A stretch of DNA of 64,000 bases from Candidatus Cloacimonadales bacterium (GTDB taxonomy: Bacteria > Cloacimonadota > Cloacimonadia > Cloacimonadales > JAIOQZ01): contig OY771587.1 in the NCBI GenBank assembly GCA_963674825.1, positions 3,648,001-3,712,000 of the forward strand, given 5' to 3'. A program made the translations under genes and the position numbers. This document shows, piece after piece, positions 30,168 through 39,916 of this stretch. A model generated the notes under the pieces. That model saw only the letters and a list, made by a program, of their open reading frames with translations, made no database searches and was not told the DNA's origin. Each line of letters opens with the position of its first letter. The first letter of the stretch is position 1.

Positions 30168-32297
30168 TCAGCAGGTATTCTCCCTTATTGCCTGATCAAT
30201 CGTGTCCGGTGCGAGCGGTTCGCTGCAATATTCGCCCTGGATCACCCTGCAACCGTTTTCTTGCAGAAAGCGCTTCTGCACCTCCGTGTGAACACCCGCG
30301 GCAACGGCTCTGGCGTGGATACTTCGCGCAAAACGGATGATCGTGACGATCATATCGTCGATTTTGGACTCAGTTCCGATGCGTTGAATGAAAGATGAAT
30401 CGATCTTGATAATGTGGATTGGGAGGTTGATAAAATGCTGTAATGACAAGTATCCGGTGCCGAATTCAATCAGCGCGATCTCGAAGCCAATCTGTGTGAA
30501 TTGACCGAGAATCTCCGCAGAGAAATCGATATCCTGCAGAATGGTGTTCTCATTTACTCCCAGGATGAAACGATTCCCATCTATAGAGTGCTCTTCCAGT
30601 ATGCGTTGAATATCCTTCGTTAGATTCATATGGAAGAACTGCCCGGCAGCGACGTTGATCTGCACGCGGTCCGTCTTGCCGATATGATTCCACTGGTTCA
30701 GATGATTGCAAGCCATTTCGAACTGATAGAGCAGCAGACGATGGAAGATATCGGTATGCTCATTGGGGTTGAACAAATGTTCCGGGTGGAAAACCGGTTG
30801 CTGAATCTTCTTCCACGTCATGATAGCTTCCAAACCACCGATCCTGCCGCCTTCGAGATCGAAATGCGGCAGGTATTCGATTTCGATATCATGACTATCG
30901 ATTGCTTCCGAAAGCTCAATTGCAGAAACGGGGAACGCACCCGCATCACGGGAAAACTGCGGACTGTAGAAACGGAACTGCTTCTTGCCGCTGTTCTTGG
31001 CTTTATACATTGCGATATCAGCATATTTGATCAAAGCTTCCGCATCGTCGGAATCGTTCGGGTAAAGACTCAGGCCGAGACTGACGGAAATCTCGATCAG
31101 ATGGCTGTTCATTTCGTATGGCCTGGAGATATCGGTCACGATGCGATTTGCCACCACCACCGCGTCTTCCTTGGTCTTGAGGTCAGCCAGAATGATGAGG
31201 AATTCGTCGCCGCCGAAGCGAGACACGGTGTCAACACGGCGAACGCAATGTTCGAAGCGCCTCGCCACCTGCTGCAGAAGTACATCCCCGACATTATGCC
31301 CGTATTTGTCGTTTACCTGCTTAAATCCGTCGAGGTCAGCAAAGAGAACCGCGATCATATTCTTGAAGCGAGATGCGCGCGCAAGATTGTGTACGAGCCG
31401 ATCGAGGCTGAGAACGCGATTGGGCAGTCCTGTCAGCGTGTCGTGATGAGCGATGTGCTGCAATTTTTTTTCGATCAGTTTACGCTCGGTAATATCGGCC
31501 TGAATGCCAACAAGCCTTGTCGGCTGGCCGTCCTCATCCCACACCGCCTGTCCGCGATAGCTAAACCACTTCAAACGCCCATCCTTGCATTTCATGGGGA
31601 TTTCCACATGGAAATGAGCGGTTCTTTTTTGCAAGTAGTCGTCGATCGCGTGTTGAATCGAATCGAGGTCTTTAGGATCGATCAGCATATAGAATGACTG
31701 GATACTCGGTTCAAGTTCACCTGGATGGTATCCAAGGTTCTCCATCCAATGATCGGAGAACATCGTCTCTCCCGTGACAACATTCCAGTCCCAGATACCT
31801 TCATTGGTCGATTTCTGGATCAGTTCCCAGCGCTCTTGGCGCTTGTGCAGTTCGTTCGATTTCTCGTCGAGCACATGTTTGAGCTTATCGCGCTCCTCGC
31901 GAAGCAGGTTGTCGATATTGCGTAAGCGCAGCATGGCCTTGATCTGCGAGATCAGGTCCGGAATCTCGAGCGGCTTTGTAAGAAAGGCATCCGCTCCAGC
32001 ATCCAGACTCTTTGCTTTCATCGAGTAATCCGATTCCATACCAGTCATGATAATGATGGGAATATGGTTTGTCTTGGGATCAAGCTTGAGTGTCTTGCAT
32101 ATATCGTACCCACCGATTCTGGGCATTACCAGATCCAACAATAACACAGCCGGGTCGATGCTCCGCGCGAGTTCGAGTCCCTGCAATCCATCGACAGTCA
32201 GGATCACCTCGTGTTGTGGTAGATACTGTTCGATAATATCTTTGAGGGTATGCAGAAAATTATAATCGTCATCGATAGCAAGTATCTTCATTGGCAT
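30168..32297 (-). CDS. Response regulator REC-PAS-GGDEF diguanylate cyclase with degenerate EAL domain
   Basis: IDDD...DLVMP receiver. GIWDW PAS. D.LTGLPNR, DLDGFK, RRVD I-site, RFGGDEF. EAL-like region reads EAI, IEFGTG, AAGVHT. Confidence 0.9.
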   Translation of the reverse strand: MPMKILAIDDDYNFLHTLKDIIEQYLPQHEVILTVDGLQGLELARSIDPAVLLLDLVMPRIGGYDICKTLKLDPKTNHIPIIIMTGMESDYSMKAKSLDAGADAFLTKPLEIPDLISQIKAMLRLRNIDNLLREERDKLKHVLDEKSNELHKRQERWELIQKSTNEGIWDWNVVTGETMFSDHWMENLGYHPGELEPSIQSFYMLIDPKDLDSIQHAIDDYLQKRTAHFHVEIPMKCKDGRLKWFSYRGQAVWDEDGQPTRLVGIQADITERKLIEKKLQHIAHHDTLTGLPNRVLSLDRLVHNLARASRFKNMIAVLFADLDGFKQVNDKYGHNVGDVLLQQVARRFEHCVRRVDTVSRFGGDEFLIILADLKTKEDAVVVANRIVTDISRPYEMNSHLIEISVSLGLSLYPNDSDDAEALIKYADIAMYKAKNSGKKQFRFYSPQFSRDAGAFPVSAIELSEAIDSHDIEIEYLPHFDLEGGRIGGLEAIMTWKKIQQPVFHPEHLFNPNEHTDIFHRLLLYQFEMACNHLNQWNHIGKTDRVQINVAAGQFFHMNLTKDIQRILEEHSIDGNRFILGVNENTILQDIDFSAEILGQFTQIGFEIALIEFGTGYLSLQHFINLPIHIIKIDSSFIQRIGTESKIDDMIVTIIRFARSIHARAVAAGVHTEVQKRFLQENGCRVIQGEYCSEPLAPDTIDQAIRENTC

Positions 32298-32324
32298 ACC
32301 TCTCGTATGTTGTTTTGATACGGT

Positions 32325-32353
32325 ATTATGTGCTGATGCACATCGTCTGTCAA
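32325..32353 (-). promoter_or_regulatory. Putative sigma70 promoter
   Basis: Minus strand TTGACA-17nt-CATAAT upstream of the GGDEF gene. Confidence 0.6.
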
Positions 32354-32454
32354 GATAATCGTAACGGAAAGAAGAAAAAAACTAAGAGCCATTAATGAGA
32401 GAGGCACGCCCATCATTATTGGATGAGCGTGCACAGGTTTATGAATTTAATGAT

Positions 32455-32658
32455 TTACCTTGTTGTGTAAAACAGCTCTATTTGACGCGTGATATCCTTC
32501 AGTGTTTTGTTGGCATCTGTTGTATCGATCGTCCGTTTATCACCATTATCGAAAACTAGCACAACGTTTCCGAGGCTCTTGAAAATTTCGCGGATCTTCG
32601 GAACCACGATCATCGCCATTCCCTTTCCTTCTTCCGGCAGTTCCAGTATCGATTTCAT
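32455..32658 (-). CDS. Small hypothetical protein (67 aa)
   Basis: Strong RBS AAAAAGGAGG before ATG 32658. Fills the gap between genes. Confidence 0.6.
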   Translation of the reverse strand: MKSILELPEEGKGMAMIVVPKIREIFKSLGNVVLVFDNGDKRTIDTTDANKTLKDITRQIELFYTTR

Positions 32659-32721
32659 TTCGTTCCTCCTTTTTCGTGACAATATTTCTGAGCAGCGTAT
32701 CTGTCAAATGTTTCGCTTCCA

Positions 32722-33714
32722 TCACTGAGTGACCAAGTGCCCATTTGTATCATAATCCAATACGACGGCACGTATTACATGAATGCCATCACTACTGAAA
32801 TCAATCCAACTTTCGGAGCTCATCTTGTAACATTCTGTTGTATCCAGATTGAAGATATTACTGCCGCAGGAAAGGTATTTGCCATTGGGGCTGACAATCA
32901 TGCGTGATGTTGTCCAGCTATCAAGGTTGAGGTAGGTCAGATGCGGGGATTCCAGATCATAGAGAATGATATAATCGCTTGAATGGATTGCAATAACATT
33001 GCGTTGTTCTATGTACGAAAGTTGGTAAGGATATTCGCACTGAAACAGTGTGTAGCATTGTACATTGTCGAGATTTGCTTTGCAGACCGATCCTGTCAGA
33101 GAAACAGCGTATTCCTTAAAGATGAAATAGATATTATCATCCTGACCATATGCGACATCCTGAAAGTAAGCCTCATCATTATCGATCTCGCACAGCACAT
33201 CGGTTTCACCAGATACAATATGACGGTTGACGAGTTGACTGATATGGTCTTCCAGATTTATTCTCGTATAAGCAATCCGATCTCCTGACGGTGAGAATAC
33301 GAAATGCTTTATCAACGATTCACCCTGTGTAATTTGCGTCAGATTACTCGTCGCAATATCGAAAAGACAGAGGTTGCCATTATAGACGAAAGCCAGACGG
33401 GTTTTATCTGATGATATCGCAATATCCTCGTCATCGACATCATACGTCTGTGGATCCAGCAGTGTTCTTCTTACCGAACCATCAAGATTCAGCAAAACGA
33501 AGCCATTAAGGATACATTCCTGCTCGGGATTATCTGGATCGGGGATGAAGTATGCACTGCCAAAGCGCTCACAGATGTATTCTGTCTCTGTTCCATCGAT
33601 GTTTGATATTGCCAAGAAATGGTGTTCATATGTGTAATATTCATCATCTTCCCAACACGACATCAGCAACAACGCAATACAGATCAAGGCCAACAGGAAT
33701 CCAATATATCTCAT
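32722..33714 (-). CDS. TolB-like beta-propeller lipoprotein
   Basis: LLMSC lipobox. ISSDKTRLAF, FSPSGDRIAY, VSPNGKYL and FSSDG repeats. Confidence 0.7.
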   Translation of the reverse strand: MRYIGFLLALICIALLLMSCWEDDEYYTYEHHFLAISNIDGTETEYICERFGSAYFIPDPDNPEQECILNGFVLLNLDGSVRRTLLDPQTYDVDDEDIAISSDKTRLAFVYNGNLCLFDIATSNLTQITQGESLIKHFVFSPSGDRIAYTRINLEDHISQLVNRHIVSGETDVLCEIDNDEAYFQDVAYGQDDNIYFIFKEYAVSLTGSVCKANLDNVQCYTLFQCEYPYQLSYIEQRNVIAIHSSDYIILYDLESPHLTYLNLDSWTTSRMIVSPNGKYLSCGSNIFNLDTTECYKMSSESWIDFSSDGIHVIRAVVLDYDTNGHLVTQ

Positions 33715-33770
33715 ACCTACTCCAAGAAAGATATGAAAATATCCTTATGAAGATTGCGAAGAATGTCAAT

Positions 33771-33800
33771 AAAAAAAACCGGCGGATTACTCCGCCGGCT
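33771..33800 (-). terminator. Intrinsic terminator
   Basis: Minus strand AGCCGGCGGA-GTAA-TCCGCCGG followed by T8. Confidence 0.85.
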
Positions 33801-33823
33801 GCTTCTTGCAAGTCAAGTCTATG

Positions 33824-35152
33824 TTATTTTAGAAGCATCATCTTACGAGTGAAAGTCTGATCATCCACGGTAAGCTGGTAGAAATAGATACCGCTGGGCT
33901 GGTCGTTTGCTGACCAAACAGTGGAGTGATTTCCACCGGTACGCTGTTGGTGGTTGATCAGCGTGTTGATGAGCTGACCCTTGAGGTTGTAGATCTTCAG
34001 AGTGACTTCGCCATCGTTCGCGATGTAGAAGTTGATCGTGGTTTCCGGGTTGAACGGATTCGGTGTGTTCTGCTGAAGGCTTGTTACCGGGCTTGCGTCC
34101 GGAACGCTGCTTCCACCTTCCTCACCTTCTTCAACTGTCACTGTCTGCGGACCGTAGAACGTCGATGCTCCACCGAGTTCTTTCGCTTCCAGCCAGTAGT
34201 AGTAGGTCGCGTCCATCTGGGTGTCTTCATCGGTGTATTCGTAGGTCTGCTGAGCAGTCATGTTGTTCGCCTGAACGAATCCAAGGTCAAACGCTTCGTT
34301 GAGGTTTTCGCTTTCGCTGCGAAGAACCTGGTAGCCGAGCATGTCGGATTCAGATTCGGTAACCCAGGAAAGGAGAACATTGTCGTTCGAGGTGAGAACA
34401 GCATCGAAGGTCGAGAGCTCGACCGGCAGCGAATGCTCGACGCCATTCGGTGAGAACTCGTCACACGGCATGTAACCGGGGACATGCGGTTCATAGAACT
34501 GATATGCCCAGGGAGATTCCGGATCTATACCAACCGGATTCTCTGAAGGCCAGCTTGCGAGTACTTCCATATCGTTGGCAAATTCTTCTGTGATCCATAC
34601 ACGGATTGTTACGAAAAACGGATTTCCAATGTAAGACCATGGAATAAATAATTCATCATCTTCATTTCCGGTTGATGTACCGTAAACTCCCAAATCATTA
34701 AACCAGCCATTCCAATCCCAGCCGGTTCCATTCCAATGATTCCATTCTCCCCAATTCGGGCCGCCTGCAAAACAGAACGTATATTCAGGCTGATAGCTGC
34801 CGGTAGCCCATGTTACGGTCTGGTAACCATCCTGCGTTGCACCGGATCCAGGGATCTGGTCTGTGTCGATGGCAACAAAGAGACTCAAATTTTCAGCATT
34901 ATCGCCAAGGAAACGGTTGTCCCCATCTGCCACCGAGCGGTTGATACCGATGTAAAGGTAGGTCTCATCCCAAGTGATATACAGGTCATAATTCGCATTG
35001 TCGAATGTCTCTCGCTCCATGTTCTCGTCCGATTCCCAATCGAATCCGGTATCCTTAAGAATGAGCCCATTGATGGTTGGTGAATTAAGCGTGGTAGCCA
35101 TCATCATGCCGAAGACGGCCAGTAATGAAAACAGAATCAATCCTTTTTTCAT
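33824..35152 (-). CDS. Secreted protein: DOMON/CBM9-like N-domain, LPVELSTF Ig-like domain, FlgD-Ig/T9SS-type C-terminal domain
   Basis: Signal peptide. YITWDETYLYIG...VAIDTD. LPVELSTF...LSWVTESE. NTPNPFNPET...KMMLLK. Confidence 0.8.
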   Translation of the reverse strand: MKKGLILFSLLAVFGMMMATTLNSPTINGLILKDTGFDWESDENMERETFDNANYDLYITWDETYLYIGINRSVADGDNRFLGDNAENLSLFVAIDTDQIPGSGATQDGYQTVTWATGSYQPEYTFCFAGGPNWGEWNHWNGTGWDWNGWFNDLGVYGTSTGNEDDELFIPWSYIGNPFFVTIRVWITEEFANDMEVLASWPSENPVGIDPESPWAYQFYEPHVPGYMPCDEFSPNGVEHSLPVELSTFDAVLTSNDNVLLSWVTESESDMLGYQVLRSESENLNEAFDLGFVQANNMTAQQTYEYTDEDTQMDATYYYWLEAKELGGASTFYGPQTVTVEEGEEGGSSVPDASPVTSLQQNTPNPFNPETTINFYIANDGEVTLKIYNLKGQLINTLINHQQRTGGNHSTVWSANDQPSGIYFYQLTVDDQTFTRKMMLLK

Positions 35153-35312
35153 GATTCCTCCTTATATTTTCAGATATCGTCATCAGAGTATAATTCAATC
35201 AAATGTTTACCGTTGAAATTAGTGTTGTCAATCTTTTTTTGATTTTCACGCGATTTTCATTCTCCGTCTGTTGCGGATTCAGCAATTCCCCAAAAAAAAT
35301 CCCAACTTCTCA

Positions 35313-35337
35313 CCCTTCGATACCGCTCAGGGTGACA
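35313..35337 (-). repeat. Family C repeat copy
   Basis: CCCTTCGATACCGCTCAGGGTGACA matches the copies at 41493 and 49891. Confidence 0.7.
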
Positions 35338-35370
35338 TGAAGCTGGGATTAATACAATTCTTCTATTATC

Positions 35371-36666
35371 TTACGGTTGAATGCGATAGATCATACGCGG
35401 GAACGGGATCGCTTCGCGGATATGATGCACGCCACCCATCCACGCGGTCAAACGCTCAAGGCCGATGCCGAAACCACTGTGCGGAACCGAACCGTATTTG
35501 CGTGTATCGAGGTACCATTCGAACGACTCGCGCGGGAGGTTCTCGTGCTCGATCCTGCCAAGCAGCACATCGTAATCATCCTCACGCTGCGAGCCACCGA
35601 TAATCTCACCGAATCCCTGCGGTGCAATAAGATCCGCACCCAGTACCAGGTCGGGGTTTTCAGGGTCGCGTTTCATGTAGAATGCTTTAATATCTTTGGG
35701 CCACTTTTCGATAAACACCGGCACATCGGAATCCTCGGTAATCATCGCTTCTTCAGCAGCGCCGAAATCGCTGTCGTATTCCACGTCCGCGCCTTTCGAC
35801 CTAAGAAGGTCAATCGCCTCCCGGTGCGTTATAATCCTGAACGGCGCATCGGCTCGCTTGAGTTCTTCGATATCGCGCTCGAGAATTTCCAGCTCGTTCG
35901 CGTATTTCTCGACGGCTGTGCGGATCACGTGTCGAATCAGACCTTCCTGGATCGCCATGTTTTCCTCGTGCTCGACGAACGCCGCTTCAGCATCCATCAT
36001 CCAGAACTCGGTCAGGTGCTTGCGCGTCTTGGATTTCTCAGCTCGGAACACGGGACCGAAATCGTACACGCGACCAAAGCTGAGGATCGCCGGCTCCAGA
36101 TAGAGCTGGCCAGACTGCGACAGATAGGCGTTGCCCAGATCGAAGTAAGGAACCTCGAACAGGGTCGTGGTGCCTTCGCAGGCGTTGGGTGTCAGGATGG
36201 GTGAATCAAACCGGATAAATTCATTATCGTGCAGGTATTCGCAGATGGCATTGTAAACGCCGTGACGAAGCCTGAGAAGCGCCCATTGCTTGCTACTTCT
36301 GAGCCACAGATGGCGGTTCGAGAGCAGAAAATCTGGTCCGTGCTCTTTCTTGCCGATGGGGTATTCTTCAGCGATTTGAACCGGCTCGACACCAGTCACA
36401 TCCAGTTCATAAACGCCGGGCTGTTTGGGGTGTTCTTTCGGCACTCCCGTAATGATAACCGACGATTCGATGGTGAGCTTCTTCGCAGTTTCGAAGATCT
36501 CTTCGCCCAGTGCTGGTTTGAACGCGACAGCCTGAATTTCGCCGGTTCCGTCACGCAGGATGATGAAAATCAGTTTGCCGCTGGAACGGTAGTTCCGCAC
36601 CCAGCCCTTGAGCCTGACTTCCTCACCAACGTGGTCCTTTATATATTTAATGAAAACGTCTTTCAT
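35371..36666 (-). CDS. asnS: Asparagine--tRNA ligase
   Basis: OB-fold GWV...LRDGTG. CEGTT, LSQSGQLY, FRAEKS.TRKHLTEFWM, EIIGGSQRE, PHSGFGIGLER. Confidence 0.93.
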   Translation of the reverse strand: MKDVFIKYIKDHVGEEVRLKGWVRNYRSSGKLIFIILRDGTGEIQAVAFKPALGEEIFETAKKLTIESSVIITGVPKEHPKQPGVYELDVTGVEPVQIAEEYPIGKKEHGPDFLLSNRHLWLRSSKQWALLRLRHGVYNAICEYLHDNEFIRFDSPILTPNACEGTTTLFEVPYFDLGNAYLSQSGQLYLEPAILSFGRVYDFGPVFRAEKSKTRKHLTEFWMMDAEAAFVEHEENMAIQEGLIRHVIRTAVEKYANELEILERDIEELKRADAPFRIITHREAIDLLRSKGADVEYDSDFGAAEEAMITEDSDVPVFIEKWPKDIKAFYMKRDPENPDLVLGADLIAPQGFGEIIGGSQREDDYDVLLGRIEHENLPRESFEWYLDTRKYGSVPHSGFGIGLERLTAWMGGVHHIREAIPFPRMIYRIQP

Positions 36667-36682
36667 TGATGCTCCTTGTATC

Positions 36683-37675
36683 TTAAAGCTTGATATCGGG
36701 TGTATTCTCTTTGATCCTTTTCATGATCTCGAAGGCAATCCGAAGCGCTCTTGTCCCAGCTTTACCATCCACGATCGGTGTTTTGTTTTTCGCGATCGCG
36801 TGGACGAAAGCTTCCAGCTCGTAGGTGAGCGCATCTTTGGGATGATTGTTCGAATCAATTGCCTTGATATCGACCAGGTCCTCGGGATTGAAGTCCGTCT
36901 TTCCCGCCATGATCTTGGGCAGAACCTTGATCAGCTTGGGCGACTTCTTGAGGACATTCACCGTTTTCTCCTTGAAATCCATGGATATATAGGCATTTCG
37001 CTGGAAAAGACGAATCTTTCGTTCCTGCTTCTGTGAGACGCGCGAGGAGGTCACGTTTGCAATTGCACCGTTCTCAAACTCCAGTCGCGCATTGGCGATA
37101 TCGATCGATTTTGTCAGGATGCTCACGCCACTGGCGCGGATATCGCGAATCTTGCTATGTACGAAAGACAGGATCAGATCAATGTCGTGAATCATCAGGT
37201 CCAGAACCACCGGGACGTCGCTGCCGCGCGGATTGAACGGCGCTAGTCGATGCGACTCGATGAACATGGGATCTTTGATCTGATCGAATGCGTCCAGAAC
37301 TACCGGATTGAAGCGCTCGATGTGCCCCACCTGCAGCTTGAGTTTCTTCTTCTCAGCAAGTTCAACCAACTCTTCTGCCTGGTGCAGTTCGGAGGTGATG
37401 GGCTTCTCCACAAAGATGTGCTTTCCGGCGTCCAGCGCTGCTTTGGCTATATCGTAGTGATACGTCGTCGTAACCGCGATATCCACAGCATCCACTGCCT
37501 CGAAAAGCGCTTCTTTCGTCTCGAATACCGGTACGCCAAGCTGCTCGCCGATCTCTTTCGCCCGGTTCGCGTCCTGGTCGTAGATACCCATCATCTGACT
37601 GCCTTCGATCTGATTCAATACTCTGGCGTGGTGTCTCCCAAGGTGCCCAACGCCTATAACTCCCGTCTTTACCAT
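36683..37675 (-). CDS. Gfo/Idh/MocA family oxidoreductase
   Basis: GVGHLGRHH Rossmann motif, VEKP, VGHIERFNP, DLMIHDID. RBS AAAGGAG before ATG 37675. Confidence 0.9.
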   Translation of the reverse strand: MVKTGVIGVGHLGRHHARVLNQIEGSQMMGIYDQDANRAKEIGEQLGVPVFETKEALFEAVDAVDIAVTTTYHYDIAKAALDAGKHIFVEKPITSELHQAEELVELAEKKKLKLQVGHIERFNPVVLDAFDQIKDPMFIESHRLAPFNPRGSDVPVVLDLMIHDIDLILSFVHSKIRDIRASGVSILTKSIDIANARLEFENGAIANVTSSRVSQKQERKIRLFQRNAYISMDFKEKTVNVLKKSPKLIKVLPKIMAGKTDFNPEDLVDIKAIDSNNHPKDALTYELEAFVHAIAKNKTPIVDGKAGTRALRIAFEIMKRIKENTPDIKL

Positions 37676-37768
37676 GATTGATCTCCTTTCCGTTGATCCG
37701 TGAATCGATACAGTTTCGGAGCCCTCTTCGGATGTCAAGCAAAGAAATCGATAACCACGTTCGACAGA

Positions 37769-37869
37769 TTCGTTCGATCGCGCGGCTGTGTGGTGTTCCG
37801 CACGTTAATATTTGTGTACGGTAGTCAGAAACGTGCGGTATATCCACACGAGCAGTGGGATCGGACGAA
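37769..37869. other. ~100 nt imperfect rod-like inverted repeat
   Basis: Nested stems TTCGTTCGATC/GATCGGACGAA, GTGTGG/CCACAC and CCGCACGTT/AACGTGCGG around a ~23 nt loop. Confidence 0.6.
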
Positions 37870-37890
37870 GATGACAACGGGAGCCATAAG

Positions 37891-38334
37891 TTAAATCCTC
37901 TCCAGCACCTTCCTTATAGCTACGGGCAATGCCTTCTCAACCCCCGGAGTGAACTGCTCCGAGAATGTGTCGATGTCCTTGACTTCAATGGCGATGATGA
38001 CAAGCTCTTGCGGCAATATCGCGCCGTGCTTCTGCATCAGGTCAAAGGCTTCAAAGAGCCCCATATCGTGCGGTGACGAGTAGTGACTGGCGTTGCGGAA
38101 TTGCTCGGGACTCAGCTCAAACACACTTCCCACCGGCTGCAGGCCCGTGATGATGGAGTCAATGAGGATTACGCGGTCGTAACCGAGCATCTCATCGACT
38201 ACGCGAAATCCAGCCGCGCTGGCTTCCAGCACGTCCAGATCAGGAAGCTGCCTTTTGATCTCACGCGCAACATGCACGCCGATTCCGTCATCGGAAAGAA
38301 TAGGGTTACCGAGTCCAAGTATGAGTGTTTTCAT
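37891..38334 (-). CDS. Hydrogenase maturation protease
   Basis: LGLGNPILSDDGIG, LIDS, SPHD. Directly downstream of the large subunit gene. Confidence 0.92.
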   Translation of the reverse strand: MKTLILGLGNPILSDDGIGVHVAREIKRQLPDLDVLEASAAGFRVVDEMLGYDRVILIDSIITGLQPVGSVFELSPEQFRNASHYSSPHDMGLFEAFDLMQKHGAILPQELVIIAIEVKDIDTFSEQFTPGVEKALPVAIRKVLERI

Positions 38335-38345
38335 TTTCTTTCTTC

Positions 38346-38445
38346 ATGGAACGCGGACGTCCTTGTCCGCATTCTCCACTTTTTAGCATATGCAGCGTTA
38401 CAAGTGTTATAAGACATAGATGCGGACGAGGACGTCCGCGTTCCC
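38346..38445. repeat. Inverted pair of family B repeats (38346-38372 +, 38420-38445 -)
   Basis: ATGGAACGCGGACGTCCTTGTCCGCAT ... ATGCGGACGAGGACGTCCGCGTTCCC. Confidence 0.8.
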
Positions 38446-38452
38446 AGGGGAA

Positions 38453-39913
38453 CTAATCCCTCTTCAACTGCCTTACAATATCTCCAGAAACGTCATGGAC
38501 GTTCACTACCAGCGGCATCTTGCCAGGCAGCGAGTGAGTCGCACAGGCCATGCATGGATCGTATGGACGGAAGGCCATTTCGACCATGTTGAGCAGTTCG
38601 TCGTTGACTACCCCATCGCGGATAAGCTTCTTCGCGGCCTTCGCGATCGACATCGACATCGCTGCGGAGTTGTTCACTGTCGCAACAATCAGGTTCGCTG
38701 CCACGATGATGCCTTTGGGATCCGTCTTGTAGTGATGGATCAACGTTCCGCGCGCAGCCTCCACGATGCCGACACCTTCCGTCGGCGTCTCGGAGGGGAG
38801 ATTGCGGATGTCGGGCGAGGTAATGGCTGGATCGCTCAGGAGTCGCACCATATCCTCGGCAGATTGCATCACTTCCACCAGCCGTGCCCAGTGAAACGCC
38901 AGCGTGAAGTGACTCGGTTTCCCGTCAAGTGTGTCGTACATGCGCTCATATTCTGACTGCGCAAGTGGAGTCGCCATGCCGTCGGAGGCGTTGAGCCTGG
39001 CAAGCGGCGCTACACGATAGACGCTGCTTTCCTTGCCGTCGTTGAATCCCTGCCAGCCGATCTTTTTGAGGAATGGAAACTTCATGTAGCTCCAAGGTTC
39101 CACGTGTTCCGCGATGTGATCGAGGTATTCGTTCGGTGTGAATCGCGCGAATTCCTTTCCTTCCGGATCGACAACCCTCACGTCGCCATCGTAGAAATTT
39201 ACCTTGTTATTCTGGTCGACCAGACCCATATAATAGGTCTCGTGCTTGTAGATATCACCTACAATCAGATCGACATACGCCTTGTTTTTCAGAACGATAT
39301 CCTCAAAGATCTTCAGCGTGAACTTCGTGAATTCCACTGCCTCCTGAGCTATTTTGAGGAATTCCAGGCGCTTCTCTTCGGTCAGAGGTTTCGAGACACC
39401 TCCGGGAAGCCCCCCAACCGGATGAATGATGCGTCCGAACAGATGCTGCACCATGTCGCGCACCCTTCTGCGGATGGAAATAACCTGTCCCCCGATTTCA
39501 ACGCCGACCTTGCCGATCACGCCCAAAATGTTGCGTTCGGCCTTCGGAGCACCCGGCGTCACGACGAAGTCGGGCCCGCCCAGGAAGAAGAAGTGCAGCA
39601 GATGATCCTCGAAAATGTAGGCGTTGTAAACCAGGTTTCGCAGCATTCGAGCTGTGTCGGTCGGCTTGAGGTTATAGACGGCATCGGCAGCCTTTGTGGA
39701 AGCCATGTGGTGCGCCATCGGGCATACGCCGCATATTCTAGGTGTGATGCGCGGCATCTCCTCGACGGGACGCCCCACGCAGAACTGCTCGAAACCTTTC
39801 AACTCCGGGATTTGCAGGTAAGCGTTGCTGACATTTCCGCTATCGTCGAGAAAAATCTCTATCTTGCCGTGTCCTTCAAGCCTTGTGATGGGGTCGATGG
39901 TAACGGTTTTCAT
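38453..39913 (-). CDS. mvhA: [NiFe] hydrogenase large subunit, group 3c (MvhA-type)
   Basis: TRLEGHG, L1 RICGVC, EAARG, L2 DPCMACATH plus a cleavable C-terminal extension. Confidence 0.92.
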   Translation of the reverse strand: MKTVTIDPITRLEGHGKIEIFLDDSGNVSNAYLQIPELKGFEQFCVGRPVEEMPRITPRICGVCPMAHHMASTKAADAVYNLKPTDTARMLRNLVYNAYIFEDHLLHFFFLGGPDFVVTPGAPKAERNILGVIGKVGVEIGGQVISIRRRVRDMVQHLFGRIIHPVGGLPGGVSKPLTEEKRLEFLKIAQEAVEFTKFTLKIFEDIVLKNKAYVDLIVGDIYKHETYYMGLVDQNNKVNFYDGDVRVVDPEGKEFARFTPNEYLDHIAEHVEPWSYMKFPFLKKIGWQGFNDGKESSVYRVAPLARLNASDGMATPLAQSEYERMYDTLDGKPSHFTLAFHWARLVEVMQSAEDMVRLLSDPAITSPDIRNLPSETPTEGVGIVEAARGTLIHHYKTDPKGIIVAANLIVATVNNSAAMSMSIAKAAKKLIRDGVVNDELLNMVEMAFRPYDPCMACATHSLPGKMPLVVNVHDVSGDIVRQLKRD

Positions 39914-39916
39914 AAT

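Noticed and set aside
30630..31697. 355 aa ORF antisense to the GGDEF gene (and similar shadows at 35377-36204, 39104-39961, 50118-50954, 7131-7928, 25930-26715)
   Set aside because: In-register antisense shadows of well-supported genes, with no recognisable domains.
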